Sequence record: PZ452584.1
Source of the DNA: a phage
Direction: 5' to 3' (one strand)
DNA: 64,000 nt
Positions within the stretch are counted from its first letter, which is position 1; each line of letters opens with the position of its first letter. Made by a program: the position numbers and the translations under genes. Shown here piece after piece: positions 20,149 to 29,620 of the stretch. The notes below the pieces were generated by a model that saw only the letters and a program-made list of their open reading frames with translations, did not search any database and was not told where the DNA came from.

Positions 20149-20343
20149 TTAACCCCGAAGCTTATTAAGTTCTTCATAATCAATCCAGGATTCTAATCCT
20201 GATGGCAAATCAGATTCAATTTCCCAAAGAAGTTCTTCAATTTTCTGAAGACGATCTAATTCTTCAGCTGGAATAGTAACCATTGATGGAGTTCTTGATA
20301 CACTAATATCGTAAATCATATTTACCCCAGCTTGACCATGCAA
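20149..20343 (-). CDS. hypothetical protein
   Basis: 64-aa ORF. Confidence 0.35.
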   Translation of the reverse strand: MHGQAGVNMIYDISVSRTPSMVTIPAEELDRLQKIEELLWEIESDLPSGLESWIDYEELNKLRG

Positions 20344-20537
20344 TCACCGTATTTCCACTTAGAAATAGACTTTTCGCCATTAGAATAATAAACTTCAAGT
20401 TTAGCACGGTTATTTTTAATTTGAATAACCTTGGCTGTCATCAAAGTTCCATACCCATAGTAAACTGCAACTTCATCACCTACATATACCGCGCTTCCGC
20501 GGTAATCGTGAATATAGTCAGTTCCTTCGAGCATCAT
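20322..20537 (-). CDS. hypothetical protein
   Basis: 71-aa ORF upstream-adjacent to nrdC. Confidence 0.35.
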   Translation of the reverse strand: MMLEGTDYIHDYRGSAVYVGDEVAVYYGYGTLMTAKVIQIKNNRAKLEVYYSNGEKSISKWKYGDCMVKLG

Positions 20538-20797
20538 TTAAAATATTCCCGCAATTGGTCAAAGCCGCCAATATGACTTCCATCAGGAGCAAATACCTGA
20601 GGCATTGTCAAGCCGATTTGAGTATCACGACCTAGTTTAGTCAGAAGCTCAGCGATTTTCTCATCATCAAAAACACCTTTTTCCGGCATAATGTTGATAA
20701 ATTCAAACGGCTGTTTCTTCACGGTCAAAAGACGTTTTGCATTATCGCAATACACACATTTATGGATGTTGCTATCATAACCATATACTTTAAACAT
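20534..20797 (-). CDS. nrdC: thioredoxin/glutaredoxin NrdC
   Basis: 87 aa MFKVYGYDSNIHKCVYCDNAKRLL... with CVYC redox motif, matches T4 NrdC. Confidence 0.92.
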   Translation of the reverse strand: MFKVYGYDSNIHKCVYCDNAKRLLTVKKQPFEFINIMPEKGVFDDEKIAELLTKLGRDTQIGLTMPQVFAPDGSHIGGFDQLREYFK

Positions 20798-20798
20798 A

Positions 20799-21056
20799 TT
20801 ATTCCTTAATTCCTAGTACTTGTTTAAAAGTCTCGTCGTAATCAAGACTTTGGCCCGTTTGTTCTTTATGTTTGTATATAATATCACTTACTTCTGATAG
20901 CATATTTTTATATGAACGAGTTAAAGCAGATTTAAGCACGCTGTATCTATCAGGAAATTTACCGTGTTCATTATAATAAGCTATTGCTAATTCACGGACT
21001 GCCTTTTCGGCAGTCTCCATATATTCTTTACGCTTTGTCATTTTCTTCTCGGTCAA
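20799..21056 (-). CDS. hypothetical protein
   Basis: 85-aa ORF. Confidence 0.4.
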
Positions 21057-21345
21057 ATCGGTGTTTACAATGGCGACATTTATAACGAAGATTATTAGTC
21101 TGCCAATGGACTAATTGCACCTGTTCAGTTCCACATTCAGGGCAATTAGGAACGTTTTTAGAAGCTCTTTCACGTCGCTCAACCATAACCATAATAGCGT
21201 CCCAGGCTGGCGGTTTAAAATCTAAATCGTCACAACCATGAATCTTTCCACGCATTTCCAAATCGTCTTCTTCACCAGCCATAATAATTTTAATTAGACT
21301 AGAATTACTTGAAGCTGCAATATCTTCTAATAAACGCTTTTTCAT
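21028..21345 (-). CDS. hypothetical zinc-ribbon protein
   Basis: 105 aa with CPECG...CRHC cysteine pairs. Confidence 0.4.
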
Positions 21346-22268
21346 TTCAATACCTCAATAGCATTACGTAAACCATTTGCTTTGGCGGTTAAAGTCTTAA
21401 GAACTTTAGTATGCTCTTCAATCTGTTTTTCAACTTCAATCAAACGGGCACTGAGATATTCGCGTTCTTCTTTCATATTATCATTCCCATGATTGGGCTT
21501 TGGCGTAGGTTTAAATTTATTAGGGTCCTTTAACTTAATAACAACTTTAGTTTCAAACAGTGAAAGACCATAATTCGTATTATCATCAAAGGATTCAACT
21601 ACGTCCATTTTAGACAATAACGTATGAAGATTATAAGTCAAAGAACGAATCGTTTTATTATGTTTATTAGCTTCACATGGTTTCATATATGGAAGATTTT
21701 TATATATTTCATGCGGAGCACAAACAATAATTGACAATTCAAATGGTCCATTCTGTGATGATGGAATGAATTTAGCCGTAACCCAATCTTTTACATTTAC
21801 ATTAATAGTACGATCATCGCCATGACAAAACAGTCTACGAGAATGCTTAAAAAGCATATTCACATTATTATTAAATTCGTGTGAAAACTCACTGGCAAAT
21901 TTTTCTTTACTATTTTTAGAAAACCATTCTTCTAAATAAGTTCTTTTCACGTCATTAATAATATTAAATGTAACAACATTATCATTTGATACATTAGTCT
22001 CAATGTAGCTTGGATACATAAATTTTTTAACATTATTAACAGCTATCACAGAAGATAGTAATCGGGAACGTTTGAACCACTCGAGCAAAGAACCAAGAGA
22101 ATGTGAATACGCATTTTGTGTATCTTTACAAATATGGTTTTCCCATCCAATATAGTCTAAAAAATCACGAAGAATATTATTGATTACTGCTCTGTGTCCT
22201 ATCTGATAATTACGATGTTTAGTAATAAGACTGTCAAAATAATCAATATAATGTTTACGAGTTTTCAT
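21342..22268 (-). CDS. hypothetical protein, member A of coiled-coil-tailed paralog set
   Basis: 308 aa; globular N-part, Pro/Lys linker (KPTPKPN), C-terminal ~40-aa heptad helix. Confidence 0.5.
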   Translation of the reverse strand: MKTRKHYIDYFDSLITKHRNYQIGHRAVINNILRDFLDYIGWENHICKDTQNAYSHSLGSLLEWFKRSRLLSSVIAVNNVKKFMYPSYIETNVSNDNVVTFNIINDVKRTYLEEWFSKNSKEKFASEFSHEFNNNVNMLFKHSRRLFCHGDDRTINVNVKDWVTAKFIPSSQNGPFELSIIVCAPHEIYKNLPYMKPCEANKHNKTIRSLTYNLHTLLSKMDVVESFDDNTNYGLSLFETKVVIKLKDPNKFKPTPKPNHGNDNMKEEREYLSARLIEVEKQIEEHTKVLKTLTAKANGLRNAIEVLK

Positions 22269-22320
22269 GTTCTTCTCACTTGGTTAATGATTTATACTCC
22301 GAGCCATCCTTGGCTTTAAA

Positions 22321-23322
22321 TTACTTAATTAACTGTAAAGCTTGTTCCAAACTATCAAGACGATTAACAGATTCTTCCCAAATCCTTTTAGCCTGCTCAT
22401 ATTCTTTCTGCGCTTTATTAGAAATTTCTAGAGCTTCTTTATAAGCTTTTTCTAATGCAATAACTTCTGGACGAATTTCTACCGGTTCAGGTGAATCATC
22501 AAGATTATCCATTAGTTCCTCAAGGGTAGTTTCTTCTTTAGGAGTATTCACAATTTCATCACATTTTTGTTGGTAAATTTCTTTATCAGTAGGTGAGTAC
22601 GCGCACTTTACTTCACGAAGACTAATTACAATTTTATATCCTTCCCAGCCGCATATATTCTTAAAAGGATATGTATGAATATTTTCTACTGTTTCCATAC
22701 AAAGTAATGCGGTCTCTAATTGACGAGTTATAGTGCTAGCAATTGAGAAAAATTTATTAATGTTCTTTTGGTTAGTTTCTGGTGTAAAAAATCCATAATT
22801 CACAAAAATAGATACTTTATTTTTATCAAGTTCATATTCTTTTATGATAATCATATCAGAAGCCAAAGGATGAATTTGACGATAATCGCCATAACATAAT
22901 TTAGAAGCTGATTTTAGAATCTGTCCTTTGAAAAGTCTGAAATTACTAATCCAACGACGAGTAAAAATATTCTCAGGGTCTTCTTTATTATTAAGATGAT
23001 AAGAATTAACATCACCGAACCAATTATATCCTACTACATCTTTGGTTCGTTTAATTTCTTTCCCAAAATTACCAAGAATATCCCGATTAACCAAATATGA
23101 AAGAAGACGAGACTCTTTAAAGGTTTTCTTGATAACATCTTTATCTACACGGCTAGAAATTTTACGAATTTCATGAATAAATTTAGTAGAAGAAACAATA
23201 CTTGCATCAACACTATTGAGCCATTGATTGATAATAGAAAGAACGATATTTTGACCAAACATCGGTATAGCTTTATCATCAATAACGCTATTGAATGATT
23301 TGATATATTCGTTACGAGTCAT
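22321..23322 (-). CDS. hypothetical protein, member B of coiled-coil-tailed paralog set
   Basis: 333 aa from ATG 23320-23322 (SD GAGGAG); Pro-rich linker then C-terminal amphipathic helix; shares RLLS motif patch with member A. Confidence 0.5.
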   Translation of the reverse strand: MTRNEYIKSFNSVIDDKAIPMFGQNIVLSIINQWLNSVDASIVSSTKFIHEIRKISSRVDKDVIKKTFKESRLLSYLVNRDILGNFGKEIKRTKDVVGYNWFGDVNSYHLNNKEDPENIFTRRWISNFRLFKGQILKSASKLCYGDYRQIHPLASDMIIIKEYELDKNKVSIFVNYGFFTPETNQKNINKFFSIASTITRQLETALLCMETVENIHTYPFKNICGWEGYKIVISLREVKCAYSPTDKEIYQQKCDEIVNTPKEETTLEELMDNLDDSPEPVEIRPEVIALEKAYKEALEISNKAQKEYEQAKRIWEESVNRLDSLEQALQLIK

Positions 23323-23350
23323 ATTAATCTCCTCAGTAGAAAGTAAGAAC

Positions 23351-23380
23351 ATTATACCACATCCTTGTGGCAAAGTAAAC
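23351..23380 (-). promoter_or_regulatory. sigma70-type early promoter
   Basis: minus-sense GTTTAC-N18-TATAAT upstream of 22321-23322. Confidence 0.5.
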
Positions 23381-24399
23381 TAGTTCAGTGCATTTAGTGC
23401 ATTGTTCAGTTTAGAACGTTGCTTTGTCAGATTTTGAACCCTTGACTGAGCTTGTTCTAACACCTTTTCAGCTTCTAGCACTTCATTGGTCGCTTTAACG
23501 AGTTCATCATCTACTGCCTTAAGAGACTTCTCAATCGCGTCAGCGTGCCATTTTTCTACAGGTTTAAAATTTGAATTTTCAGTAGGAAGAAAACTCACTT
23601 TATTAAGTTTACATGCATCTATATTGCTTGAGCTATACATCCAAAATTTAGGATCGTTTGATAAGTAATTGGATAAATTTAAGTTATCTTGCACTTCCTG
23701 CTTTTTCTCTTGCGGGACTTCGTCCTTTCTCAAAAAATCGTATTTAAATGAAACGATCATATCAAGTTCATATGATGTTGTATCTAACTTAAATCGTTCA
23801 AAACGAGGTAAAATCTTAGATTGAACAGCAGCAACAACATCCATATACTTAAATGCTTCTGTCAATTGTGATTTAAGGCATTCACAAATTGAAAGAGAAT
23901 TTTTTGTATTAGGTTTAAAGCTAATTCGTGCAGTTCTATTATTTTCTTTTAACGGTCTTACTTCCATCTGAAGAGTATAACCATCAAATTTCAGGTTCTT
24001 TAAGTTAATATCAGAGCCTTTTAATCGACTAGCAGTAGACAAAATTTGCTTTAATTGTCTACGGAACAGAGCAATAAATCTCCATTCAATACGATAATGA
24101 TTTGGATTGAAAAATCCAGATGATAAATCGACCTTACTTTGACCAACGCCTTGAACAAATAGAGGATTTTTATAATCAATAGTTTTACAGAAATCGGTGA
24201 GCTGCTCACGAGCAGTTATTTGTGTAATATACCCCGCTTTACTAAAATGACGTAACCATTCACTGTTGTTCATATATTTAAAGTGAATATCACGATTAAC
24301 TTTATCAGGGTCTAAATTATTTTGGCACAAAAATGTCATAACATCACGAGTATAGCTGGCATTACGAACCATATCTTCAATTTGAGAACGAGTTTTCAT
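23380..24399 (-). CDS. hypothetical protein, member C of coiled-coil-tailed paralog set
   Basis: 339 aa; starts MKTR like member A; linker then C-terminal helix LEAEKVLEQAQSRVQNLTKQRSKLNNALNALN. Confidence 0.5.
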   Translation of the reverse strand: MKTRSQIEDMVRNASYTRDVMTFLCQNNLDPDKVNRDIHFKYMNNSEWLRHFSKAGYITQITAREQLTDFCKTIDYKNPLFVQGVGQSKVDLSSGFFNPNHYRIEWRFIALFRRQLKQILSTASRLKGSDINLKNLKFDGYTLQMEVRPLKENNRTARISFKPNTKNSLSICECLKSQLTEAFKYMDVVAAVQSKILPRFERFKLDTTSYELDMIVSFKYDFLRKDEVPQEKKQEVQDNLNLSNYLSNDPKFWMYSSSNIDACKLNKVSFLPTENSNFKPVEKWHADAIEKSLKAVDDELVKATNEVLEAEKVLEQAQSRVQNLTKQRSKLNNALNALN

Positions 24400-24407
24400 G
24401 GTGTTCC

Positions 24408-25322
24408 TTAAGATTTAAGTAAATCAACAATTTTAATTAACTTTTCACGCTCAGATTTAGCTTTACTACTCAATCCAGATAGTCTGAAAATTTCATCATC
24501 ATATTGTTGAATAGAAATATTCAGCTCTTCAATTTGCTTATTAAAATAATCAATTTGTTCAGAATGTTTTTCGTTACTACGAACTGGTACAGGTTTTGTA
24601 GGCAATTTAGTTGAACTGAATTCATCCGGGTGATAAATTAAAATACAACTTGAACCAATAGGGCATTTTGCACCAGATGAATATTCTAATGTTCCGGCTT
24701 CTTTTAAAACTTCAAAAGCTAAACAGAGATGATGCCCCATATTAACATAATCTGTAGAGTGAGCTCTGACGTAATAATCATCTCCACGAGTGCTAAATTT
24801 AAAGCATTTAAGGTCTTCTGTATTATTAGTTTTAAAAATCATTTGTTTATCTAGACCTTTAGCCAATCGAGCACCTAATGCTAATAATCGTCGTTGATTT
24901 TCCCACAAATCCGCAATCATTTGATCGAATGATAATTTTGGCATTAGTCGACCATAAAGGTCATATCCTTTATTATAATTACGAAGGATTTCACTCGCGT
25001 TAATACGAGACAATGCTCCAATTTTATTAAGGGCTTTCATAATGCGATTAGATAAACTCATTCCAGATCCGTTTGTTCGCTGTAAATGTTTTTCTAATCC
25101 AAATCCAATATCAACTTTAAACTTATCTAAAATTTCGGCGTGAACATCTCTGTCAATAACATTCAAATCCAAAGTTGTGTTAAATCTATGAAAAAATTTA
25201 TCTGGCTCTCCACGACGAAATACAGTCCATTCATTCATCATTTTTTTATTAACTAAAGATTTAATTACTGCATTGACATTATTAATTACTACTGACATAT
25301 TTTCCTCACTCAATTTTACCAA
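24408..25322 (-). CDS. hypothetical protein, member D of coiled-coil-tailed paralog set
   Basis: 304 aa; PTKPVPV linker then C-terminal helix. Confidence 0.5.
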   Translation of the reverse strand: MVKLSEENMSVVINNVNAVIKSLVNKKMMNEWTVFRRGEPDKFFHRFNTTLDLNVIDRDVHAEILDKFKVDIGFGLEKHLQRTNGSGMSLSNRIMKALNKIGALSRINASEILRNYNKGYDLYGRLMPKLSFDQMIADLWENQRRLLALGARLAKGLDKQMIFKTNNTEDLKCFKFSTRGDDYYVRAHSTDYVNMGHHLCLAFEVLKEAGTLEYSSGAKCPIGSSCILIYHPDEFSSTKLPTKPVPVRSNEKHSEQIDYFNKQIEELNISIQQYDDEIFRLSGLSSKAKSEREKLIKIVDLLKS

Positions 25323-25707
25323 TTACGCGGAATAAGATTGAACAGACTATATAAGTACCACATATAGATTGAACTAATGCCATTCCAAAGAACCAAACAA
25401 TATTATCAAACCATGTCTGTTTTACGTCGAAAGGACGTAAACTTACAGTAATATTATCACCTTTTTCTATTGAAGAATACATCTCTGGGGAAATATATTC
25501 ACTAAATCTATAACCGTCTTTGAGTTCATATACAGCAATAAACGATAAACTAGACCCCTTTCCTTGAGTTCCTGTAAGGGTATTAACTACAGTAACATCA
25601 TAATCTTTATAATGCATATAATCATTAATTGCGTAATAACCATATGCAATTACTATACATAAACAACATATCAATAAATTCAATCTTTTAATTATCAACT
25701 GTTTCAT
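25306..25707 (-). CDS. membrane protein (two TM helices)
   Basis: 133 aa, hydrophobic N- and C-terminal segments. Confidence 0.45.
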   Translation of the reverse strand: MKQLIIKRLNLLICCLCIVIAYGYYAINDYMHYKDYDVTVVNTLTGTQGKGSSLSFIAVYELKDGYRFSEYISPEMYSSIEKGDNITVSLRPFDVKQTWFDNIVWFFGMALVQSICGTYIVCSILFRVIGKIE

Positions 25708-25762
25708 AATAATCTCAATTAAAAGGGCTTAGAACCATTATACCATCCTTGGTATAAAGCGG

Positions 25763-26290
25763 TTATGCGAGTACCGTCTTTAACCGTTCTTCAAACTTCC
25801 GAAGAGTGTTCTGGCGTTCAGCTCTTTGCTTTTTGTAAGTTTCAATACGCTCTGAAATGAGAGTGTATCGTTCATTTACTGATTCTTTCATAAAATCAGG
25901 AATTTCACGAGAAGCTTTAATCTCGTCAAATTTATCAATAACAGCTTGCTCTTCAGCAATTAAGTTATCATACATCAAAATATCTTTCTTGATGAACTCA
26001 ATATCTTCTTGAGTTACACGAGATAATTTAGATGCTTTATCCTTTTTGTACTGTTCGTTAGTATCACGAGACCAGTGTAATGTACGATTTTTATTCGTAT
26101 TTTTGTAAATTTCTACAATACCAATCTCATCGATAATAACGATCCAATTCCAACGGGATTTATAAATTTGTCCTCCATCAACCGTGATTTCACCTCCGAT
26201 TGAGATGTCATTAAAGAACTTGCTTTGTGCTTCAGATTTAAATTTACCATCGTTGTAATTTACCAGGTTGAAAATATCTTTAGCATTCAT
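25763..26290 (-). CDS. hypothetical protein with C-terminal coiled coil
   Basis: start at ATG 26288-26290 (MNAKDIF, SD GGAGG); upstream extension in ORF track is read-through of promoter block. Confidence 0.45.
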   Translation of the reverse strand: MNAKDIFNLVNYNDGKFKSEAQSKFFNDISIGGEITVDGGQIYKSRWNWIVIIDEIGIVEIYKNTNKNRTLHWSRDTNEQYKKDKASKLSRVTQEDIEFIKKDILMYDNLIAEEQAVIDKFDEIKASREIPDFMKESVNERYTLISERIETYKKQRAERQNTLRKFEERLKTVLA

Positions 26291-26318
26291 TTTCTGTTCC
26301 TCCGTAGTTGATAGTTGT

Positions 26319-26348
26319 ATAGTACCACAGAGGAACGGTCTTGTAAAC
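26319..26348 (-). promoter_or_regulatory. sigma70-type early promoter with conserved leader block
   Basis: GTTTAC-N18-TACTAT followed by ACAACTATCAAC; same block recurs at 27759, 32395, 43834. Confidence 0.5.
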
Positions 26349-26350
26349 AA

Positions 26351-26665
26351 CTAAAAGAAACTTCTTTCACAATTTTTTCCACTGAACCAAGCGCTCACTG
26401 CTTTCTTAGTCTCAGGAGCAGTATTATCCATAAACCATTCAAAGGCAGCCTTTTTATGATTCTGGAGGGCTTCTCGGGCTTTAATCTGCTCACGGTCTAT
26501 TAACACTAACATATGAGCCTTTCTTGTCACCAGGGGCTTCTTATGATTTTTTGAATATTCCCAATCATTTGTCCATCGCATCGTTGTTGCGAATTGAAGT
26601 ACAGCTTCTTTAATCTTAGTTTCGTAAATTTCACGAGCCTTTGAGTATAACATCATTACCTCCAT
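26351..26665 (-). CDS. hypothetical protein
   Basis: 104-aa ORF. Confidence 0.4.
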   Translation of the reverse strand: MEVMMLYSKAREIYETKIKEAVLQFATTMRWTNDWEYSKNHKKPLVTRKAHMLVLIDREQIKAREALQNHKKAAFEWFMDNTAPETKKAVSAWFSGKNCERSFF

Positions 26666-26755
26666 TTACCAGTTTAATTCTAGTCATCTTTTTAATGGCA
26701 GTCCATATAATCTATTTCTGAACTGCCTTTTTGTCTTAGAAGTCCTCTTATGAAT

Positions 26756-27724
26756 TTATTTCAGAAGAGTAACCTCAGCGATTTCTTCCCAGCCGTTTTT
26801 GTCGGTCATAATAAAGTCAGCAAGATAAAGAGCAGTACGCAGTGAAACATTGCGTAAACGATTAACATTGACTTTCATCCATGATAATGCTTTATAAGTT
26901 TCTTCATCAGAAAGACCACGCTTTTGCATCATGTCGGTTGAAAGAATAACATCTTCAACCCTGACCATAATTTCTTCATTAGTGTGAACACCCAAATCCA
27001 AATAAACTGAGCGGGACACTAATGCTTGTAAATGTGGAGCAAGTTTAGTACCACGGTCTAATTCGCGGTCAATGTCAACGTTTGTGATAAAAACAATCGT
27101 TCCTTTAAATTCAAACTCACGCTCAATGCCTTTTTCTTCTAAGTAAGAAGATGCAGTGCTCCAGCAGACTTTACGGGTCTCTCCAGTGTCCAGAGCGGCT
27201 TTTAGAAGATTAAGAATATCCATATCAGAGAAAACATCCACATCATCAATCAAAAGGACAGAATTCTCTTCACGATTATTCCAAAGCTGCTCATAAAGAC
27301 CGATACCGGAGATTTTACCGTTAATGCTTTTATATTCAATGTATCCATTATCATTTGCTTTATTTAAAGCTTTATCTAAAGAATACGTTTTACCAATACC
27401 CGCCGCACCAGAGATAATTAATGAACGAATGTTTCCGTTAATAATACCATTCGTCATCATTCCCATAACATTAAATCTTTTATTAATGCGGGTTTTCATA
27501 TCTTCATATGATTCTTTAACTTCTTCAACTTTTACACCATCATATGAAATGTCTGATTTGTAAACCCAAACACCGCGACGTTTACCGTCAATTTCAACAA
27601 AAACTTTACCATCTCCTTGTGCATCTACCGGAGCATTATCTGGGAACCATTCACCTAAGAGCTCAAAAGTTCCAGAGATTTCTTTACCAAAGTAGATACC
27701 CTTATTGATAGTTACAGTTTTCAT
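26756..27724 (-). CDS. AAA+/P-loop ATPase of unknown function
   Basis: Walker A GAAGIGKT, Walker B LLIDDVD, sensor-like LRNVSLRTALYLAD; start at ATG 27722-27724 (SD GGAG). Confidence 0.55.
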   Translation of the reverse strand: MKTVTINKGIYFGKEISGTFELLGEWFPDNAPVDAQGDGKVFVEIDGKRRGVWVYKSDISYDGVKVEEVKESYEDMKTRINKRFNVMGMMTNGIINGNIRSLIISGAAGIGKTYSLDKALNKANDNGYIEYKSINGKISGIGLYEQLWNNREENSVLLIDDVDVFSDMDILNLLKAALDTGETRKVCWSTASSYLEEKGIEREFEFKGTIVFITNVDIDRELDRGTKLAPHLQALVSRSVYLDLGVHTNEEIMVRVEDVILSTDMMQKRGLSDEETYKALSWMKVNVNRLRNVSLRTALYLADFIMTDKNGWEEIAEVTLLK

Positions 27725-27758
27725 TTTATTCTCCAAATCCGTATCAGTTGATAGTTGT

Positions 27759-27788
27759 ATAGTACCATAAAGCTTTATGCTTGTAAAC
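27759..27788 (-). promoter_or_regulatory. sigma70-type early promoter with conserved leader block
   Basis: GTTTAC-N18-TACTAT-ACAACTATCAAC. Confidence 0.5.
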
Positions 27789-27818
27789 AGTTTTGTGAAA
27801 AAATTTTTGAAATAAAAA

Positions 27819-27838
27819 GGGGGACCTCTAGGGCCCCC
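27819..27838 (-). terminator. GC-rich hairpin
   Basis: GGGGGCCC-uaga-GGUCCCCC with flanking A/U runs. Confidence 0.45.
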
Positions 27839-27847
27839 TTTATGCTT

Positions 27848-28333
27848 TTATTCCATTTCTATTATATGCATGTTCTTTTTGCTATCAAAATATATGTTTT
27901 TAACTGTTAACTCCGAATTAATTGGCAATAAAAACTCTCTTTCATAATCTACCATACAAAGGTTATCATAAAGCTTGTTAAGCTTATCATCGTCAGTTTG
28001 GCCAGATTCTTCAATTGCGATTAAATTTTCTAAAATGTCAATCATAGCAGTCGAATAGTCAAAAACGTTTGCATTTTTTAACACTACTAAAACATTAGTC
28101 ATATAGCGTTCTGCAGCAAACGTTTCAGCTATATGAGACTCACTGCTAAAGGAAGTTATTCTTTTAAATTTGATTCTCCTATTAACTTCAAACTTATAAG
28201 ATAGTACTTCCTCTATTGTAAGTCCTCTAAAAAGCACGTCTTTAATCTCAAGTTTGTCTTTAATGTAATCATTAACACGCTTATGATTAAAATCATTAAT
28301 TTTGTTGCCAAGGCATTTCATTAAAATATGCAT
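27848..28333 (-). CDS. hypothetical protein
   Basis: ORF; start taken at ATG 28331-28333. Confidence 0.4.
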   Translation of the reverse strand: MHILMKCLGNKINDFNHKRVNDYIKDKLEIKDVLFRGLTIEEVLSYKFEVNRRIKFKRITSFSSESHIAETFAAERYMTNVLVVLKNANVFDYSTAMIDILENLIAIEESGQTDDDKLNKLYDNLCMVDYEREFLLPINSELTVKNIYFDSKKNMHIIEME

Positions 28334-28381
28334 TGTGTTTCTCTTCAATTTTTTAAAGAACAATTAATTAACTACAAATAT

Positions 28382-28411
28382 ATTATAATATGCTTTATGA
28401 TAGAAGTAAAC
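28382..28411 (-). promoter_or_regulatory. sigma70-type early promoter
   Basis: GTTTAC-N18-TATAAT. Confidence 0.5.
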
Positions 28412-28440
28412 AACTTTGTGAAAAATTTTTGAAATAAAAA

Positions 28441-28458
28441 GGGAGCCCGAAGGCTCCC
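28441..28458 (-). terminator. C(UUCG)G tetraloop hairpin after nucleotidyltransferase gene
   Basis: GGGAGCC-UUCG-GGCUCCC. Confidence 0.5.
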
Positions 28459-28460
28459 TA

Positions 28461-29474
28461 TCATTTATAATAACTTCGGTGGTTTTCAAGATACACCTTC
28501 TCAAGGAAGTCATCCCAGAAACCCATGTCTACTTTTTGCTGCATACCGTTCTTAGAAGCTTCAGTAGATGCTGCTTCTACTTGATCGACCACATCTTCCA
28601 AAAACTCTTGAACTGTTTTAAATGGATGCTTACCCAACTTCACGTCGAGAATAAATGGAGCATCTTGGAGTGGATAAACCAAGTCACCAGTTTTGTAAAT
28701 TTCCAATAGTTGGAGTCCACCACGACAAGCATGACTCAGAGCTTTCCAGTCAATACCTTCATTGGCTTCGGCCTTACGAGCACGTTCACCGTATTCAGCA
28801 TCAAGTTTATTCAAAGACTGCTTAAGCTCAATAAGAGAAAGCGTTGTCTGATATTTACGACCCAACACAGTGTAGAACGTTTGTGGGCCTGTTTTCTCAT
28901 GATTATGGAACACCCATTCACAGAATTCGTTTTCTGGAAGACGATGCTTAATATCTTCAACTTTAGTACGACGCTGCTTAATGGAACCGTCTTCTTGGTA
29001 ATCAACCCATTGCTCAGGGATTTGATTAACTACTTTCAATACATCGCGTAATGCAGCCAAACGAGAACCCTTGACACCGTATTTAGAAGCTTGCTTGCGA
29101 ACATATCCTAAATAAGATTTCATGTTAGTCGTATAAAAACGAGAACGGTTGTCTTGAATAAACTTCCACACATCAGGCAAATCAGATTTAACCACTAATT
29201 CAGGTGGAGTGTGAAGCATATCCAATGCTACAGTTTCACCATCTGCTGCTAATTTAAAGAAATACTTAAGACTATACAATTCGTGGTCAATATCATCTTT
29301 AGTGTTTTTAGATGATGTGTTGTTGGTGTTTTTACTCATGTGCTCTTTGACATTTCCGATAAGAATATCGCGAGCAGGAGGAACAAAAATTTCTTTAAAA
29401 TCTACATCAGATTCTGGGGTAGAAGTTCCATAAAGATGACTACCAAAATAGCTTTTCATTACTGTTTTCATCAT
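28461..29474 (-). CDS. Pol-beta-fold nucleotidyltransferase-domain protein
   Basis: N-terminal motif YFGSHLYGTSTPESDVDFKEIFVPP (hG[GS]...SDxD) typical of NTP_transf_2-type nucleotidyltransferases; 337 aa with about 250-aa C-terminal extension. Confidence 0.6.
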   Translation of the reverse strand: MMKTVMKSYFGSHLYGTSTPESDVDFKEIFVPPARDILIGNVKEHMSKNTNNTSSKNTKDDIDHELYSLKYFFKLAADGETVALDMLHTPPELVVKSDLPDVWKFIQDNRSRFYTTNMKSYLGYVRKQASKYGVKGSRLAALRDVLKVVNQIPEQWVDYQEDGSIKQRRTKVEDIKHRLPENEFCEWVFHNHEKTGPQTFYTVLGRKYQTTLSLIELKQSLNKLDAEYGERARKAEANEGIDWKALSHACRGGLQLLEIYKTGDLVYPLQDAPFILDVKLGKHPFKTVQEFLEDVVDQVEAASTEASKNGMQQKVDMGFWDDFLEKVYLENHRSYYK

Positions 29475-29620
29475 TCAGCCTTATATTCAATAACAGGACA
29501 TACTTTAGCTTTACGGGCTTTTAAAAATTCGACGATAATAGATTTCTTGGGTTGAATAGGAGGTAAACCTTTATACGCCCTATCAATATTTTCTACATGT
29601 AAAGCATAATCCTTTTCCAT
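29471..29620 (-). CDS. small protein (49 aa) translationally coupled to nucleotidyltransferase
   Basis: ATG 29618-29620; stop TGA overlaps NTase ATG (GAATGATG); not in ORF track (<60 aa). Confidence 0.35.
   Translation of the reverse strand: MEKDYALHVENIDRAYKGLPPIQPKKSIIVEFLKARKAKVCPVIEYKAE

Noticed and set aside
25763-26350. N-terminal extensions of track ORFs (MFTRPFLCGTIQLS..., MSCGTIQLS... at 32411)
   Set aside because: The CGTIQLS segment is the translation of the conserved promoter-leader block; SD-supported ATGs lie downstream (26290, 32366).
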